A DNA stretch of 64,000 bases. Source: Phoronis australis (lineage: Eukaryota > Animalia > Phoronida). The translations under genes and the position numbers were made by a program. Under the pieces are notes generated by a model that searched no databases, was not told where the DNA came from, and saw only the letters and a program-made list of their open reading frames with translations. Shown piece after piece: positions 24,785-38,217 of this stretch (position 1 is its first letter; the number at the start of each line of letters is the position of its first letter). The stretch covers positions 783,988 through 847,987 of the forward strand of contig NMRA01000082.1 in NCBI GenBank assembly GCA_002633005.1, read 5' to 3'.

Positions 24785-25949
24785 GTAAGTAATTCTCGCT
24801 TTTTGGTTTAAAATTAACCCTTATTGTTTGAAGTTAAAGATGTCTGTGGTTGTGGTGTGACGTGTGTGTTCAGCCGTCGAACCAAAGTCAACGGAAGTCA
24901 CATGTCATCTTGTTCACAGATAGAATAAGAAATTTCATCACATTTTATATTGGCAAACAATGTTATTACTTTATGCCATCCTTGCCTACTGAACCATAAC
25001 ATCCCCATCGCCGATCTTACAGTACATTCACATTGGCAGTTGTCATGTTGCTGGCATTTTGATTCCTGTTAAAACTGATTTGTGTAGTAATGGAGGTCAT
25101 GTTATGATTCGAATCCGGGACCATCCAACATGGAAGCCACCACCTAGGACCTGGTTCACTACTGCGACACCTGCGCGTCATCGAGTTCGTCATTATTTTG
25201 AGCTCATGCTCTCCCCCCGATTTCTGACGTCACGTTTGTATTGTTAAATAGTAAAATACAAACCACTCGCTGACTGTAAACCTCAAACAAGGAGTCCCGG
25301 TTACTCCGTAACTTTAAATTTTGCACAAGACATGTTATCGTTAAAATATATGTAACCGTTCTAGGACCATAAAATATGGTATTTTCTTAAAAATACATTC
25401 GATTTTTTCTCCTTCCCTTCCAAATATTTCAATATACCTTCAACGTTTTGGTTACACCTTGGAGCTGACTGTTCCCCATGCGATCCAAAGCTCAAATAAA
25501 GTCTATAGTTTACATACATAATCCTTGGTCACTCATTTTGGGGGCATAAGAGCCACCATCATGAGCTCCGTTAAAGGCAATGTTTATGCAATACTTTCAC
25601 GAGCTGTTAAAATGGTACTTATAAAAGGTTGGGTGGCTGAAGCTGTATCAGTTTATTTGTAAACTTTGTCTTAGACTTGCAATGTCTCCCGACTATATAA
25701 ATAGCCTCTAAGCTAAATTTAATCTCAAAACTTGGTGACTTCCAGTCATAAACTAATTAATACGAAGAAAAAACGTAACTTAATCCTGCGCATGTGTGCG
25801 CTTTTAAGAAGTCCAGTCATGACTCTGTGTCTCAAAAAGAATTTTATTTTACATGTACATCTTAAGAGGTTAAACTTTAATATCAGTCAGTATACCTGTT
25901 GCTAAGAAACAAGCCAAATGTTTATATTTTTCTGTTATCGAGATTGTAC

Positions 25950-26811
25950 GTAATGGGTGGAGGAAGACCGTCTGCACCGTTATCGTTTTTACCAGTTGGA
26001 CAATGAGGAGTGGTGAGGAAAGTCAGCTGAGAGCCGCCTTTTTCAGACATGAAAATGTGCATTTGTGGAGACTGTGGTAACAGCAACTTGAGTGAGAACC
26101 TGTCTGTGTTCCAATTTCCTTAATACGTGAAAGTTGCACAAAAATGACACTGGTTTGTTTGCTGCACGTACGAGAGTTTGAAATGTCACTGGGCCTGTGT
26201 GGAACATGCGATTCTGAAAGCTGTCACTCATTGTTCGGAACATTTCAAGGAGTCGTGTTTCGGCCAAACCTCAAATCTACGTTACGATGAAGGACGCACC
26301 TCCTTGTAATTATATTTGCAATTTTTATAAGTAGCTAACAGCCTGTATTTCTATTCTAGGGCGGGTGATGCCAGGCCTTTGATCCCTGCCCATATCGAGT
26401 GCTACTACAAATAGGCTTATGCATTGTGTTTAGACCGTGATCATTTCATCACGGAAATTGTGAATACGAGTGGACCAGGTTTTCTTTGGGCTTTGTCAGT
26501 GATTATTAAGAGTCTGTTTTGTGAATCTTGACCACACCTTGGTTCAGTTGGTTGTGGCTGTATATCTGCAGCATTTCTCGTGCAATTGGGTCGAGTTCAT
26601 ACGCACTCAATGTCGACAAAGCTGGCTTAGCTGGAAATTGAATTCCTTGTCTAATTGTTCAAGTACTCGAGTGTGACGCCCGTTTCCACTCATTTCTATG
26701 TCTGCATAATAGTTTGTCTAGTTCTCTCTCAAAATCGTCATCGTCTTCTGATCTGTTGTGTTCCGCCATTTCATTTGGTTGCCACATGACCAAACATCTT
26801 CCACCCATTAC
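25950..26811. mobile_element. Decayed THAP-encoding (probably Kolobok) transposon remnant
   Basis: Plus-strand pseudo-THAP at 26049-26261: MKMCICGDCGNS..SVFQFP*..K*HWFV..HCSEHFKESCF; converging acidic ORF remnant starting at 26769 (-); inverted repeat gtaatgggtgg..aaga / tcttccacccattac. Confidence 0.65.
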
Positions 26812-27402
26812 ATCTTTCGTCGGAAAACTTGGAAACAACTATTTTTTCTCAAAAATAATCGAAATTATTCGGCCAAAAATGATTATTTAGTAAGATTTAT
26901 TGTACTCATTTCATATTAGCTAACAGAACCTCAAGAACTGCAAAGTGTCACTTGTAAAAGTTCTCTTTCATAGCCTTTTTTACAAGTTCAACTGGAACAA
27001 AAGAAAACACTTTGGTTTAAGCAAAGTTGTTTACGTGTCACTATGTTACGTTATCTAAAAATTGGTTTGTTATATTATTTTAATTGCATTGTAAATGTAT
27101 GTATGGGTTGTGGTCAAGTACAATGTATATTGTTTGGCCCCTATCAAATTATGTTAGATCTTAAGGACTCACAGACATCAGTGCTCATTCACTGGCTAGG
27201 TCAACTTGACATTCAACAAATATTACTAGTAACTGCAGTCACGCTGTAGCAAAATAATCCTTAACGCACACGCTTTGCTCTATGCCGGCCAACGACCAGA
27301 GCACATCGTGTGGGCTAAACAGCCTTGTGTTCTTATGTAACTACAATTCCGTCCATGCACGTTTAAATTGTGCATGTAACTAGAACAATGATAACCTTAT
27401 AG

Positions 27403-27540
27403 TTCCATTCCTGGAGGTTTCCTTTGAACTGGCTGACAGAGTTGATGACGACGTGGACGTTAACACAAAGGTACTCCGCCAACTAGACAAAACACTGCAC
27501 GTGGCCAACTCACGAATCAGCTCGTTGGTAATTGTACGAG
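27403..27540 (+). CDS. SEA-like domain 6, half A (PFLEVSFEL..LDKTLHVANSRISSL)
   Basis: ttatag acceptor, g|gtaata donor, 138 nt. Confidence 0.83.
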
Positions 27541-28217
27541 GTAATAAGTATCCCTTGTGCATATTGTACAGTTAATGGTTACGTAATGTCACTGTGTCCT
27601 GTGAATTGAGCACTAAGTACAAAATCGATTGCCTGCCGTGTTCCTAAGACGCCATATTCACTCGAATTAAGGTATTGTAATTTCGTTCTTATCGCGATGT
27701 GCTGGGTGGTGTTTCGTATTCGCGTGGTTCTATCGTCTGCAGAACGCTTAAGAACCAATCATTCAGTTTGTAAAGGAGTGACCCAGTCTCCTGTCAACTC
27801 TCGGCGTCTCTGATATTGAAATAAAGTGGTCTCACTTTCAAGGCCCAAAACTGATCATCGCTTCATATAAAAAACTATTTTAAATATGAAATTGTTATGC
27901 GTCATCTTTACTATTGCTGTTTTGTCCATTTAGAGCGACGATATTTCGGTTTGTTATTATTTCTTTGTATGTTCTGTGTATTCTTCAATAGGTATATATC
28001 TCTTTAATATTTGACAAAACGTGCTACTTGAACGACTGAGATGAGATTGCCGCATTATATAGCGAGTTCTTAATCAAGGGCATTGTCCTAACTTACGCGT
28101 CATATGGTTACTTCTCACCCTCTCTGGAAATGAGTGAATCTGTTTTACATTGTTAAGTATTCAGCAACATCTGCCGACCGAAATTCTTTAACATTTTTTA
28201 AACGCACTGGATTGTAG

Positions 28218-28415
28218 ATGAAGGCGGGCATCGTGTAAAGTTTCAGCTACGACCGCCCGCACAAATTTTGGAGAGAACAAATTCCGAAGTGATCGCCACA
28301 CTAAATGACATTGTTAAAGGAGGGAAAGTTGCGTTTGAACATCCGGTTGGCAACCAAATAAGGGCCAAGACCAACCGCTTACACGTAAAACCAGTGCTCG
28401 AGGAGTTGGACAAAG
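28218..28415 (+). CDS. SEA-like domain 6, half B (VKFQLRPP..FEHPVG..KPVLEELDK)
   Basis: ttgtag acceptor, g|gttggg donor, 198 nt. Confidence 0.87.
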
Positions 28416-28981
28416 GTTGGGAAACCTTTTCAGTTTTTTATACATATATGAAGCATAACAGTTCATTTTTAAAATATCTTGGTTTATTTACACACACCTC
28501 TACAGTAACAAAACTGACACGACATCTCATTTGGTCATTCCTCCCGACATCTTCAGTTCTTTGAAGAACGACCTCGTGTTCCTGGTACACGCACTGTGGG
28601 GGGCAATTATATCATATGTTCCATGGTACATGTATAGGCCTACTTTGGAGTTCGAGGCTGCAATATTCGGTTTTCTGTTCAGTATTGAGACTCCGAATCA
28701 GCTACTGAATCCGAGGGGAATTCTGTAGACGTGTATATATTTAGATCGCTATCGACCTTTAAGAAGCGGGAACAGTGTCACATGGCTGCTTGCTAAGGTA
28801 GACGTTCCGGTGAAGTTTGTTGTACTTAGTTTCACTTATTTTTCTTTTTGTCAATCCTGTTTCACTGCCGAGTACATGCATTTGGATATCACTCAAGCGG
28901 ATGTTTTATTGCTTTAAGCACTTGATCCATGGTACCTTCAATAGTATTAATGGATATAATTTTATTTATATCGCATCACAG

Positions 28982-29128
28982 TGAATATGGTCAGAATTCT
29001 TGTCGATATTAACAAGAAGACAGTGCTTGAGAAAGACCTAACAGCTGCGGTAGAAGATTTCTTTCTTCACATCAATCCAACGTTTAGCCAGGACAGCACG
29101 AGGTATAAGAACGCCTTTGTATCACCAA
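28982..29128 (+). CDS. SEA-like domain 7, half A (MVRILVDI..TAAVEDFF..PTFSQDSTRYKNAFVSP)
   Basis: tcacag acceptor, a|gtaagt donor, 147 nt. Confidence 0.88.
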
Positions 29129-30149
29129 GTAAGTGGGCATCGTTTTAGTCAATCTTTATAACAATGGCCCATAGCAGCTTCCCAAATGCATTCCAGAGCA
29201 AGGACAGTACATGTAATATGATTTGTTCAACATATCACTAAAATATGGTTGCTCCCCAGACGTTTGTATTTAGTACTCAAGTAGCAATAGAAAAATGTCG
29301 TGAACGTCCCCGTAAAATAGCGACTTCTTGGCTGTGCATTCACTACCATGTAGCATACAAAGATTCCTGGTTGCCGTTGAACACACGGTGTTGTCGTGGT
29401 CTTCTATGTTTTCTCAATCGAAGTGTATGTAGAATCGAGATGCGGGCCGTTTATGTAATTTTCATTTGTTCCATGAGAAACAAATACACGCAACAAATCA
29501 TTACCGGACGCTATCGCTACGAAAGAGCAAAGAACCTGTTTTACTACTGTAGATCACACAAAAAACGGTTGCTTTACCACGTAAACACACGTCAACTATA
29601 TTGGCAAAATAAGTAATTTTCAAGTATATTTCTTGACTCTCATCGACCACTAGTTTTAATTTTTGCATCATTTGCCCAAACGTGATCGACGAATTTGAAA
29701 GACTTCAAAACTGCAATTGCCCCACTGCAGATGGAAGTGGTACATTGCCGATAGAAGTCCGCAAGTTCGGGGTTTTGCCACGCTCTTGGTGAACCAATTT
29801 TGGCGCAAACCTAGGATTAATACATGTATATTCTGTTTCTGCAGACTTATTTCAATTGACTTTGTGTAAAAATTCATCTAGATGTGCCAACTGCATTCGA
29901 TCTGATGTTCAATAAAATTCAATAACTTAGGAAGTTTTTTAAGGAAATATGAGGACACCGTGTGGATCTTTTTGGCTGTTCAAATTTGCAACGCTCCTCA
30001 ATAAACGTGATTGAGAAAATTTCCCAATAGAGCCAAAACAAAGTAGAAGTCTTTTTAAATCAATACCTGTGTAAATTTCAACAGGCTTAGTATCGGCCAA
30101 TATTTCGGAATGCTTAATTGATATCGAAACCCGTTCTTGACGCCAATAG

Positions 30150-30350
30150 GGGGCAGGATGGTCATTGAGCTTGGGCCACCGGCACAAAATTCCACGGCAT
30201 TAATTAGCACCATCATGAAACGACTACAGCAGGCATTCCACGAAGACAGTGATATTAAGGACGGCAAAGGGAATAGTGTGTTTGTTATAAAGGGTGGGAC
30301 TGTAAGGTACGATCTTGGACCGAAGGATGTACCTCCTGCAATTGACTTAG
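30150..30350 (+). CDS. SEA-like domain 7, half B (MVIELGPP..STIMKRLQ..GGTVRYDLGP)
   Basis: caatag acceptor, g|gtaagg donor, 201 nt. Confidence 0.87.
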
Positions 30351-30978
30351 GTAAGGCTTCTCTGGTCACGTAGGTAGTTTTTAAACAATTCAATAGTTAT
30401 CTGTTACCAAGTGGTATTGTATTGAAATTGATCTGTCATCATCTGACCTGCATCATCCGTATACATTCTTATCCGCTGATGAAGACTTCAATCATTTGAA
30501 AATTTCAGTTTCAGAAATGATGTTGTATCTTTGAATTGAGACGTCAAAACACATATACATGTAGAACATTAACACAAATGAAATACAGTGATAGACATGT
30601 TATTTTAGCAGTTGAACTTTGGTGATTAGAGGTGCATGTATTGAACTGTGCACTATTTGGAGACTTGCATGCGTAGACTCATACGTGCAAGCTGTGGCTA
30701 GCTCATTTGCTGTGACTGATTTCGCTAAAATTTCAACAACGTCGAAAATGTGAACGCTAAAGCCCGCCACCAAATTTTCGACACTTGTTTTACTCAAAAG
30801 CTTCTACTAATGACATACAAACAGACCTCGACTCGTGTGAGTGTCACCCATTTATGGACAAATGGATGACAAAAACGCTGTTTGTTTTTGTCGCGTCGCG
30901 AGCAGTGGTTGGCCATTCTTCTCTCAAACTTTGATGACACAAGTCAGTGACCTTCCTCAACTTTCTCCTGTAGACAAG

Positions 30979-31227
30979 GGTCCTGTTCCAAGAAACTGAC
31001 TTAAGTTCATTTTTGACTTAAGTTTTAAGATTTGTCTTAACTTCCAAACTTTGAAACTTCCACATTCGGCAAGTTAGTAAAAATTACGACAAAACTTATG
31101 TCAAACACTTAAGTCAAACTTAAGATCTCTTTCTTGAATTGGTTTTGAGACAAATTTAACTTTTATTTTGAAATTTACTAAACTCTAAGATTTGTCTTAG
31201 CTAAGTCAGTTTTGTTGGAACGGGACC
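30979..31227. mobile_element. PIF/Harbinger-like MITE, copy 1
   Basis: TIR ggtcctgttccaagaaactgactta / taagtcagttttgttggaacgggacc; 3-bp flank AAG on both sides; second copy at 60236. Confidence 0.8.
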
Positions 31228-31892
31228 AAGAGCTCTTTGTTGTCTTCAAGACAAATGCAATGGTAACTGATTCTGGAAAAATGTGTGGTGACCTACGTCT
31301 GTCACCTCTTCCAGACCAGAGCAATGCTTACTTGATTGTTGGCCTAAACATATTTCAACTTCCGCACGAGGGCAGCTGTACTTTCATTCTGGAGACGAAT
31401 TTGTTGATCTACATGTACCTCTAGCTTTTCCTCCAGTGCCATCAAAATGTACCTACCGGTACGGCAGTTTAAAATCCCATCCCTATAAAGCTCACATACT
31501 TGCACCACACTCATAAATTTTCGTTCTCAACGAGGCTGTTATGAACCTTTAATTCTGCTTGGTGCTCTAGGTCTGCTCAGCAGCCTGTAAGCCATGCAGT
31601 TGAATCTGCATTCGAAGTTTCAAGTTCTAATGGAAACTCTAGTTTTCACTCCAGTTGCTACCCTGAACCCAAGAGTCACCGTGTGTAATATCAGAAAGTG
31701 GCCCACGTAAGCCGTGGTGTACTCAAGCACATGCTATTAGATACGATTTCGAGTACAGTAGACCTCTTGTTTTGATACCATATAAGCGAGAGTACACAAA
31801 CGACCACATTTTTTCTAATTAAAATGCCAAACATTTGCTCTTGTTCTCTCCTTTCCGGTACTATTTGAACATTCTGTTATTTCTTTTTCCAG

Positions 31893-32033
31893 CCGATAAA
31901 GTCAGTGTGTCCTTCTTTGTCAATGTTTCCTCTGAACCGAATGTGTCAAACTATATCGCCAAAACCGTGCATCGCGTACTCGAGGTGTCCAAGCAAAGAA
32001 TTGTTGATGTGACGTCAACTGTACAAGGAGAGC
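31893..32033 (+). CDS. SEA-like domain 8, half A (VSVSFFV..YIAKTVHRVLEVSKQRIVD)
   Basis: tttttccag acceptor, c|gtatgt donor, 141 nt. Confidence 0.88.
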
Positions 32034-32369
32034 GTATGTCAGTTTTATATACCTTCTCTAGACACACAGAGGTCTACACATATCCCAATTCACAGAGATC
32101 TCATTTAAAGGTAAAAGGCTAGAACCGCCGTAGGTCATAATCTGTGATAGTGCGATATGCAGCCCGTGTGAGAGCTGTGCTACCAAAACTATTGTCACTG
32201 TCAACAATATTTAAAGTCTTCCAGTTAATTTCATGGTGAGCAAGCACAGATATGGCAGCCTTTCGGCCCTTAAACACTCTCCACACACAGTTGTTCGCGT
32301 CCCAAGGATAATAATCCTCAAGGGTGTAAGTTTGGGGTAGTGTATCAAAACTTGACTTTGTATCTTTCG

Positions 32370-32750
32370 ACGCATCCTATATTGGGGAGTCTGGACGACA
32401 GGTGAGGACTCGCATTGACCAACACAAAACATCTGTAAGAACTGGCTCTCTACGATGTGACATATGCTCACAGTTTTTTACCATGAGAATGACTGGCAGT
32501 CTGTGAATATTTTTGACAGTGACAATACAGATATTCCCAGAAAAATTATGGAAGCTATCAAGATCAAGCGTGGTAACTCTACTATGTACAAGGACGTTGT
32601 CGTTGAATTGCCTCATATCTGCGATCAGGCGTTGTCTGCGCATTTGCCATCTGCGCAGGAAGTCCGTGACATTATGACAAAGTCCTCAGCCCATGGTGGA
32701 CGAAAGCTACATGGGGAAAGAAATACTTTTGCTTGTGTCTGAGAATCTTT
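32370..32750 (+). mobile_element. Penelope-like GIY-YIG endonuclease remnant
   Basis: YIGESGRQVRTRIDQHK, then frameshifted HENDWQSVNIFD..RKIMEAIKIK. Confidence 0.75.
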
Positions 32751-32816
32751 AGTAACATTTTTTCATACGGTCTTCAGTTGCACGGCTTGTTTAGAATCAC
32801 TTTCTAATTGTTGCAG

Positions 32817-33017
32817 ATGTCTTAGTGACGTTCAGTCTCCTTAAGCCTACGGAGCTGTCCACCAAGTTAACGAGTCAAGCTCTTCGCGACTGGAACAAAA
32901 AGGTCTACGAGGGATCAGTCGCAATAATCGACGATCAGGGAAAAACCGTTTGCACTGTTCTTAAGCAAGAATCCACTGCTGAACCGACAACGACTGTTCC
33001 AGAATTTATAGATAAAC
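32817..33017 (+). CDS. SEA-like domain 8, half B (VTFSLLKPT..ALRDWNKKVYEGSVAIID)
   Basis: ttgcag acceptor, c|gtgagc donor, 201 nt. Confidence 0.86.
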
Positions 33018-35121
33018 GTGAGCCAAATGTGCATAGATCCGACAGAGTGAGGTTGGGCACACTGTAGTTTCCGGTACTCGACGTGGGTAATCACACTCGT
33101 TAGTTTATATGCCGTGGGGGGTCCACGGATATAGCATTGACTATTAGTAAACAAGATTAGCGTGATATCAAACATTTTATCTGACTCATGAATACAGGCT
33201 ACTGAGTTGGTTGGACTGGTCAGTGCCGCCTCTGGATTTAAAAATACGTAACATGTTAGTGTTTTGGTCCAATTCTATAGTTTTCAATCACTAATACATG
33301 TATTTCGAATTACTTTGCATAATCAGGGTCTTGGTCTGACGTTGCCTAGCTTAGACAGTTGTTTTTTCGAGAGTATGAGATCGTTGTTCGCATACTACAG
33401 TGTACGGTAATAGAAATGCGCTATGTTCACAACAACGAGAGTCCAACACTCCTATCTCTACACGCCAACAGACATTGATGCGAATTATAACATTTGAGTA
33501 AAAAATACAAAGCTAAACTGTCCCGTGATGGCAAAATTCGTAGCACGTGCTATGGCTCTGAAAACAAACAGCCAATGTGATGATAAACCGTGGATTAGGT
33601 TCAACTTTCTTTGACGATGACAACAATAAGCATACACATTCACAATCCGAGAAATTACTCATCTCTACGCCCATTGCTGTGTTTCATAATGCAGCTTATA
33701 TTTTCACCACGCCATTAAACTTTGATGTTCCAACCTGTCATAAAATCGTCACCTTTGAGAAATCTACTACCCTCGAACCATACGCCCGTGGAGAGAATTG
33801 AAAAAAATGGCGCATAAAAACGGGCAATCGTATGAAAAGATGTACACCTAATGCAACTCGAAAATTGTTTCAACTCATCTTTCTCTGTTATATCGCACTG
33901 TTACATGTAGCATAAACAGATAATGGCTCCCAAATAGACTTTCAGTAAAATCTGTCTATTGGTTAAATATCAGTGAACAAAGCAGGCAAAGACGTAGCAA
34001 TGATATTTTACTTGGAAACAAGCTGATAATCCCCGAAAACAGCCTCTCAATTCCTTTCGAAGTTTACATGTATACAGAATATTCAGTACCAGCACAGGCA
34101 CCTTTGATCAGCCCTCAACTATACATTGAATAAAGAGAAAGGTACACAACTGACATTCAATATGGCCGTCTAACGGGAACTTCCGGAATAACCGCAAACA
34201 TGTCAAATCTGAAAGTAATTTGACTCAAACGTTTTATCTGCTACGGCAACACGTTCATTGCCTCCATTTGGTGACATCGAAACCAATAAAAACAATACAT
34301 ACCTCAAGATTTTCCAACTTCAATCGCCAACATTCACGGCAAAGCGAAGAGCTCGAATAAGCCATTTATGTCATCCAGAAAAATTTCGACAGGTGTTACT
34401 TGTATCGCCAAAATTTTACAAAATGGTGATAACTAACGGCTCGGCCCCAAGTCGTCACCTTTATCTCATGTGAAGAATAATACACTGAAACTTGGCTTAT
34501 CTCAGAATTCATCTGCTGCCTGGTAGTTTGTGAACTAGCCCAATTATTTTGCACACCCAGTAGAAGTAATGAGAAACATATTATTGCAATATTAAACAAA
34601 CATTTTAGGTTATAAAAACACATGTCTTATCAAATGTTTAAAATTCGAAACCCTAATCACGTGTGCTTTTCACGAGTTATTCTTCAAATACGCTTTTACA
34701 AACTTTCAGAACTAAAATTCCAAAATGCTATTGTCGGCCCCGATGTGTTTATCATGGGAATCATGGTCTAAAGAGCAATAACATCAACAGTCTGAGGCGA
34801 TTTAATTCATCTAAACAGCATAGTGCCTTTGATCTAAACGGGCAGATTCTGAAGAGCGCAAACCGGTCGAGTTGCCAATCTCCACCGATTAGGGCGTCAT
34901 CGTAGAATTCTCTCCATAGGTGGAGCTAAAGCAACTATTTATTGTTACAAAAAATCAGATGCAGTATAATTTTGATGGACGTTTATCTTACGACGCAAAT
35001 TTGAGAAGTCTGACCAAGTTTTGTCGAAATTTGTCTAGTTTATTTTTAAAAATACTGCACTTTGACATGTGAATAGCCACATTTTTTTTCCAATCTATCT
35101 TGTGCTTTGTTACACATCTAG

Positions 35122-35268
35122 TTTCCAAAGTAAAGGCGTCGTTCAGATTGAAATGTACAGAAATTGGGACACAAATTCTGGAAGATCGCGTCAAGGAATC
35201 CCTATCACGAGTTCTCGATGTTGCTAAAACCAGGCTGGAAAAGGTCGAAATACTGAACAAAACAAATG
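35122..35268 (+). CDS. SEA-like domain 9, half A (KVKASFRLKC..ESLSRVLDVAKTRL)
   Basis: atctag acceptor, g|gtaggt donor, 147 nt. Confidence 0.86.
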
Positions 35269-35424
35269 GTAGGTTTGAAACTCAGTGAAATAATTCCTCC
35301 ATATATTCTGGCATCCCTGGATATCTGTCTAAAAATGCCTTTAGAAGAACCGTAACAGTTTGTCTTTCTTTGTGGTTATAGGCTATAGATGTCGGTAAAT
35401 ACTGTAGTTTTCTTTCATGTGCAG

Positions 35425-35628
35425 GCTACCACGTCTCAGTCGTAATTCTACCACCGGCTAAATTGCCTGCAAAGAGATCGAGCATAATCTTGAAGTCATT
35501 ATACAAAATGCTGTTCAAAGGAGAACTGAAAATCAGCGACAATGACGCTGAAGTCTGTACTAAACATCCACAGAACCCGACATACAGCCTGGAACCAGTT
35601 GTACCTGAACCACCAGGCTTAAATGAAG
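35425..35628 (+). CDS. SEA-like domain 9, half B (VSVVILPP..LYKMLFKGELKISDNDAEVCT)
   Basis: gtgcag acceptor, g|gtcagt donor, 204 nt. Confidence 0.87.
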
Positions 35629-35899
35629 GTCAGTTTCATACAGTTTGGGTCTCTACTACATTCAAACATTCCTGAGGTGGCATTGACATGAAAAAATACA
35701 CCTGAACTAGTGCCATCTGCTGGACACGGATGAAGAAATAAAGTGTACTGCATTCACAGCACCGTCTTCTAAAGAATCGACAGGTCACTATGGAGACAGC
35801 TCGCTTTCAGGAAATTCAAATAAAACGGCCAACGTTTGGAAGTACATTGGATTCTGTGAGCCAACTAGGTCACCTACGTGAACGATGCTTTGTGAAATA

Positions 35900-36420
35900 G
35901 ATAATATGTTTTGTAGTTCAACTGATGAAGGTGAAATTAGTCATTTGCTGGATCATACTTGAAAATGACGCGGCCTTGAGGCCATATCTTGCTAACTGAC
36001 TTAAGGACTGGGTTGATCTCCTGAGAAGTCAGGCGACTCTGGAGACACCTGAAAGACTGGTCCCTCACGCGTGATAGATTGTAATGGAATTCACCGTGTC
36101 CTTTGAGTGAACACCGCCAAATCAAACGTAATATTCCACAATTAGGGTGTCGTTAATTCTGTTTCTCGATATCTATGTGATCTCACGAAAGTATTTGTCT
36201 TTACATCATTTTGGCTACACTTAAATCCCGTGCACAAGTGAGTATTTGTGCTCCTTAAGAGCCGGGTCATTCACATCATGTAGCTGCTGACGTAGGTTAT
36301 TGAGAGGCTTATAGATCACAGATACCTCCAAATGCTTAAAATCCCTCTGAAGGAAGTTTGAAAAATTCTTGGCGAAGAAGATTAAGATACAAAACCCCCT
36401 GTTTTCAAGCATAATGGTTA
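35900..36420 (-). mobile_element. Penelope-like remnant (RT-GIY-YIG linker)
   Basis: LQRDFKHLEVSVIYKPLNNLRQQLHDVNDP..EHKYSLVHGI resembles the Penelope linker preceding GIY. Confidence 0.55.
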
Positions 36421-36611
36421 ACTCATGACAGTTGTGAATAGTGGTAATTGAACTTACCCAAATGACTCGTCAACTTTCAGCGAAACAGATAAACTACCTG
36501 CACGCTGAACCGTGTTTAGACAACCGTGATGACAATATAGCCGATGACATCTGTGGCAATTTTACCAACTGTCGTCGGATACTTGTCATGAATAACGTTA
36601 GTTTATTACAG

Positions 36612-36758
36612 GTAAAGATAAGAAAGTGGTACTCACCCTGGACTGTGCGTCTACGGAGCTTGAGAGTAAAGAACAACTTGCTACTGATGCCCTTGTAGAA
36701 ACGATGCAAGTACATAGAGAGAGGATAACAAACTTGAGGATCAACAGAAGCGTTTCCA
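36612..36758 (+). CDS. SEA-like domain 10, half A (KVVLTLDC..KEQLATDALVETMQVHRERI)
   Basis: ttacag acceptor, a|gtaaga donor, 147 nt. Confidence 0.88.
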
Positions 36759-37848
36759 GTAAGAAAGTGCAGTCTTTTGAGATCTTAAAAAATTCTGTTT
36801 TGCCTTTACGTGTTTGGCTACTGATTCTTGATGGAAATCTATTTTACATGTTTTATCTTTGTGTCATTTTTAAAAGTCACTTGGTGCTTCCTTGAAGTCA
36901 AAAGCTCGTCAACTTCAATAAATTTGCGAAGAAGTCATTAGTAACAAACCTAAAGATGCTGAAATAGTTCCTCTTCGCTACATGCCGTTGTTAAAATAAC
37001 AATCACTACAGTGTCTTCACCGATGATTCCTGGACTTTGAAACAAAGAAAAATGTAAATTAGTAAACAAATATCTGAGTTACCAGTGCTCTCAAAAAAGC
37101 GCCAGACTTTCAGAAGTTTTTATGGTACAAGGTGTAAAAATCTGCATCATCAATGTACTTTTGTCTAAATTTAACCGAATTGCTGGTGCAAATACACAAT
37201 TTACATTGTACTCTTAGATACAATTTTCTCACGTCATCGTTTGAATCAGTAGGCTATTTTACGCCTAATACTTGGCACTGGACCACCAGTGTAACCATAA
37301 AAGTCAAGAATAGCATGCTATCCACATATGGACTAATGAGTCTGATACTTAAATATTCATAAAACAACATATGTGGCTTTCTTGTGTTAAATAATATTCT
37401 CGTCAAAACAGGGAGATGGATTGCAAGGTGTTATTTAGAGCATTTAAGCTGCCATTCGCCCTGTTTATCTGGCTGCCCCCTTAAAGTTACTCTCATAATG
37501 GTCCTTAGCCTGATAGGGTTTCTCTTACAACAAAAACACCAAAAGCGCCGGCAAGTCTAGAAAACGAATTGACCAAACCTCAAGGTGCGAGGTCGAAAAT
37601 AGCGATCGTACGCATTGCGTGTGACCATAGTTGCTACGAACGTAGATTCCTACATTGTATGTTACAAGAATGTTCTAAGACCATTTTTACTAGAATAAAA
37701 TACCCAATTCGAGACTCGTTCTTTAGCCAGCACACAGTGTTAATGGTTGGGTTGTGTTTTAAACATTAAAATTTCCCCGACTATAACTTTATGTCGTCGT
37801 CTACAAAGCCCTGTAACGCCAATTGTAGCTGAACCTTCTGTTACATAG

Positions 37849-38013
37849 AACCTGTAATGGAATTCATTCTCCGTCCACCAACGAACACGTCATTGGTGCC
37901 TAGCAGGGTAGCACTGAAGTGGCTGCAAGCAGCAAGCAATGATGAAGCTTTTATCATCAAGACAAAAGAAGGAAAGATTATGTACAAAGGAACTAAGTTT
38001 GAAGTCAACCCAA
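37849..38013 (+). CDS. SEA-like domain 10, half B (MEFILRPPT..PSRVALKWLQ)
   Basis: acatag acceptor, a|gtaaga donor, 165 nt. Confidence 0.86.
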
Positions 38014-38217
38014 GTAAGACGGCTTTCCGGTTATTCATACATGTACGCCCACCTCGTTAAAATGCTAGGATGCCTGCAAAATGATATGTAATGCATCCCA
38101 CGATGGCTTAAAAGTTAAATTTAGTAAACATACATGTAACTTGTTAGAAGTTGTCTTAAGCAGTTTACAAAAATTGTGGTAAGATTATTAACACACTTGA
38201 TGACCAGGGCCAGGAAA

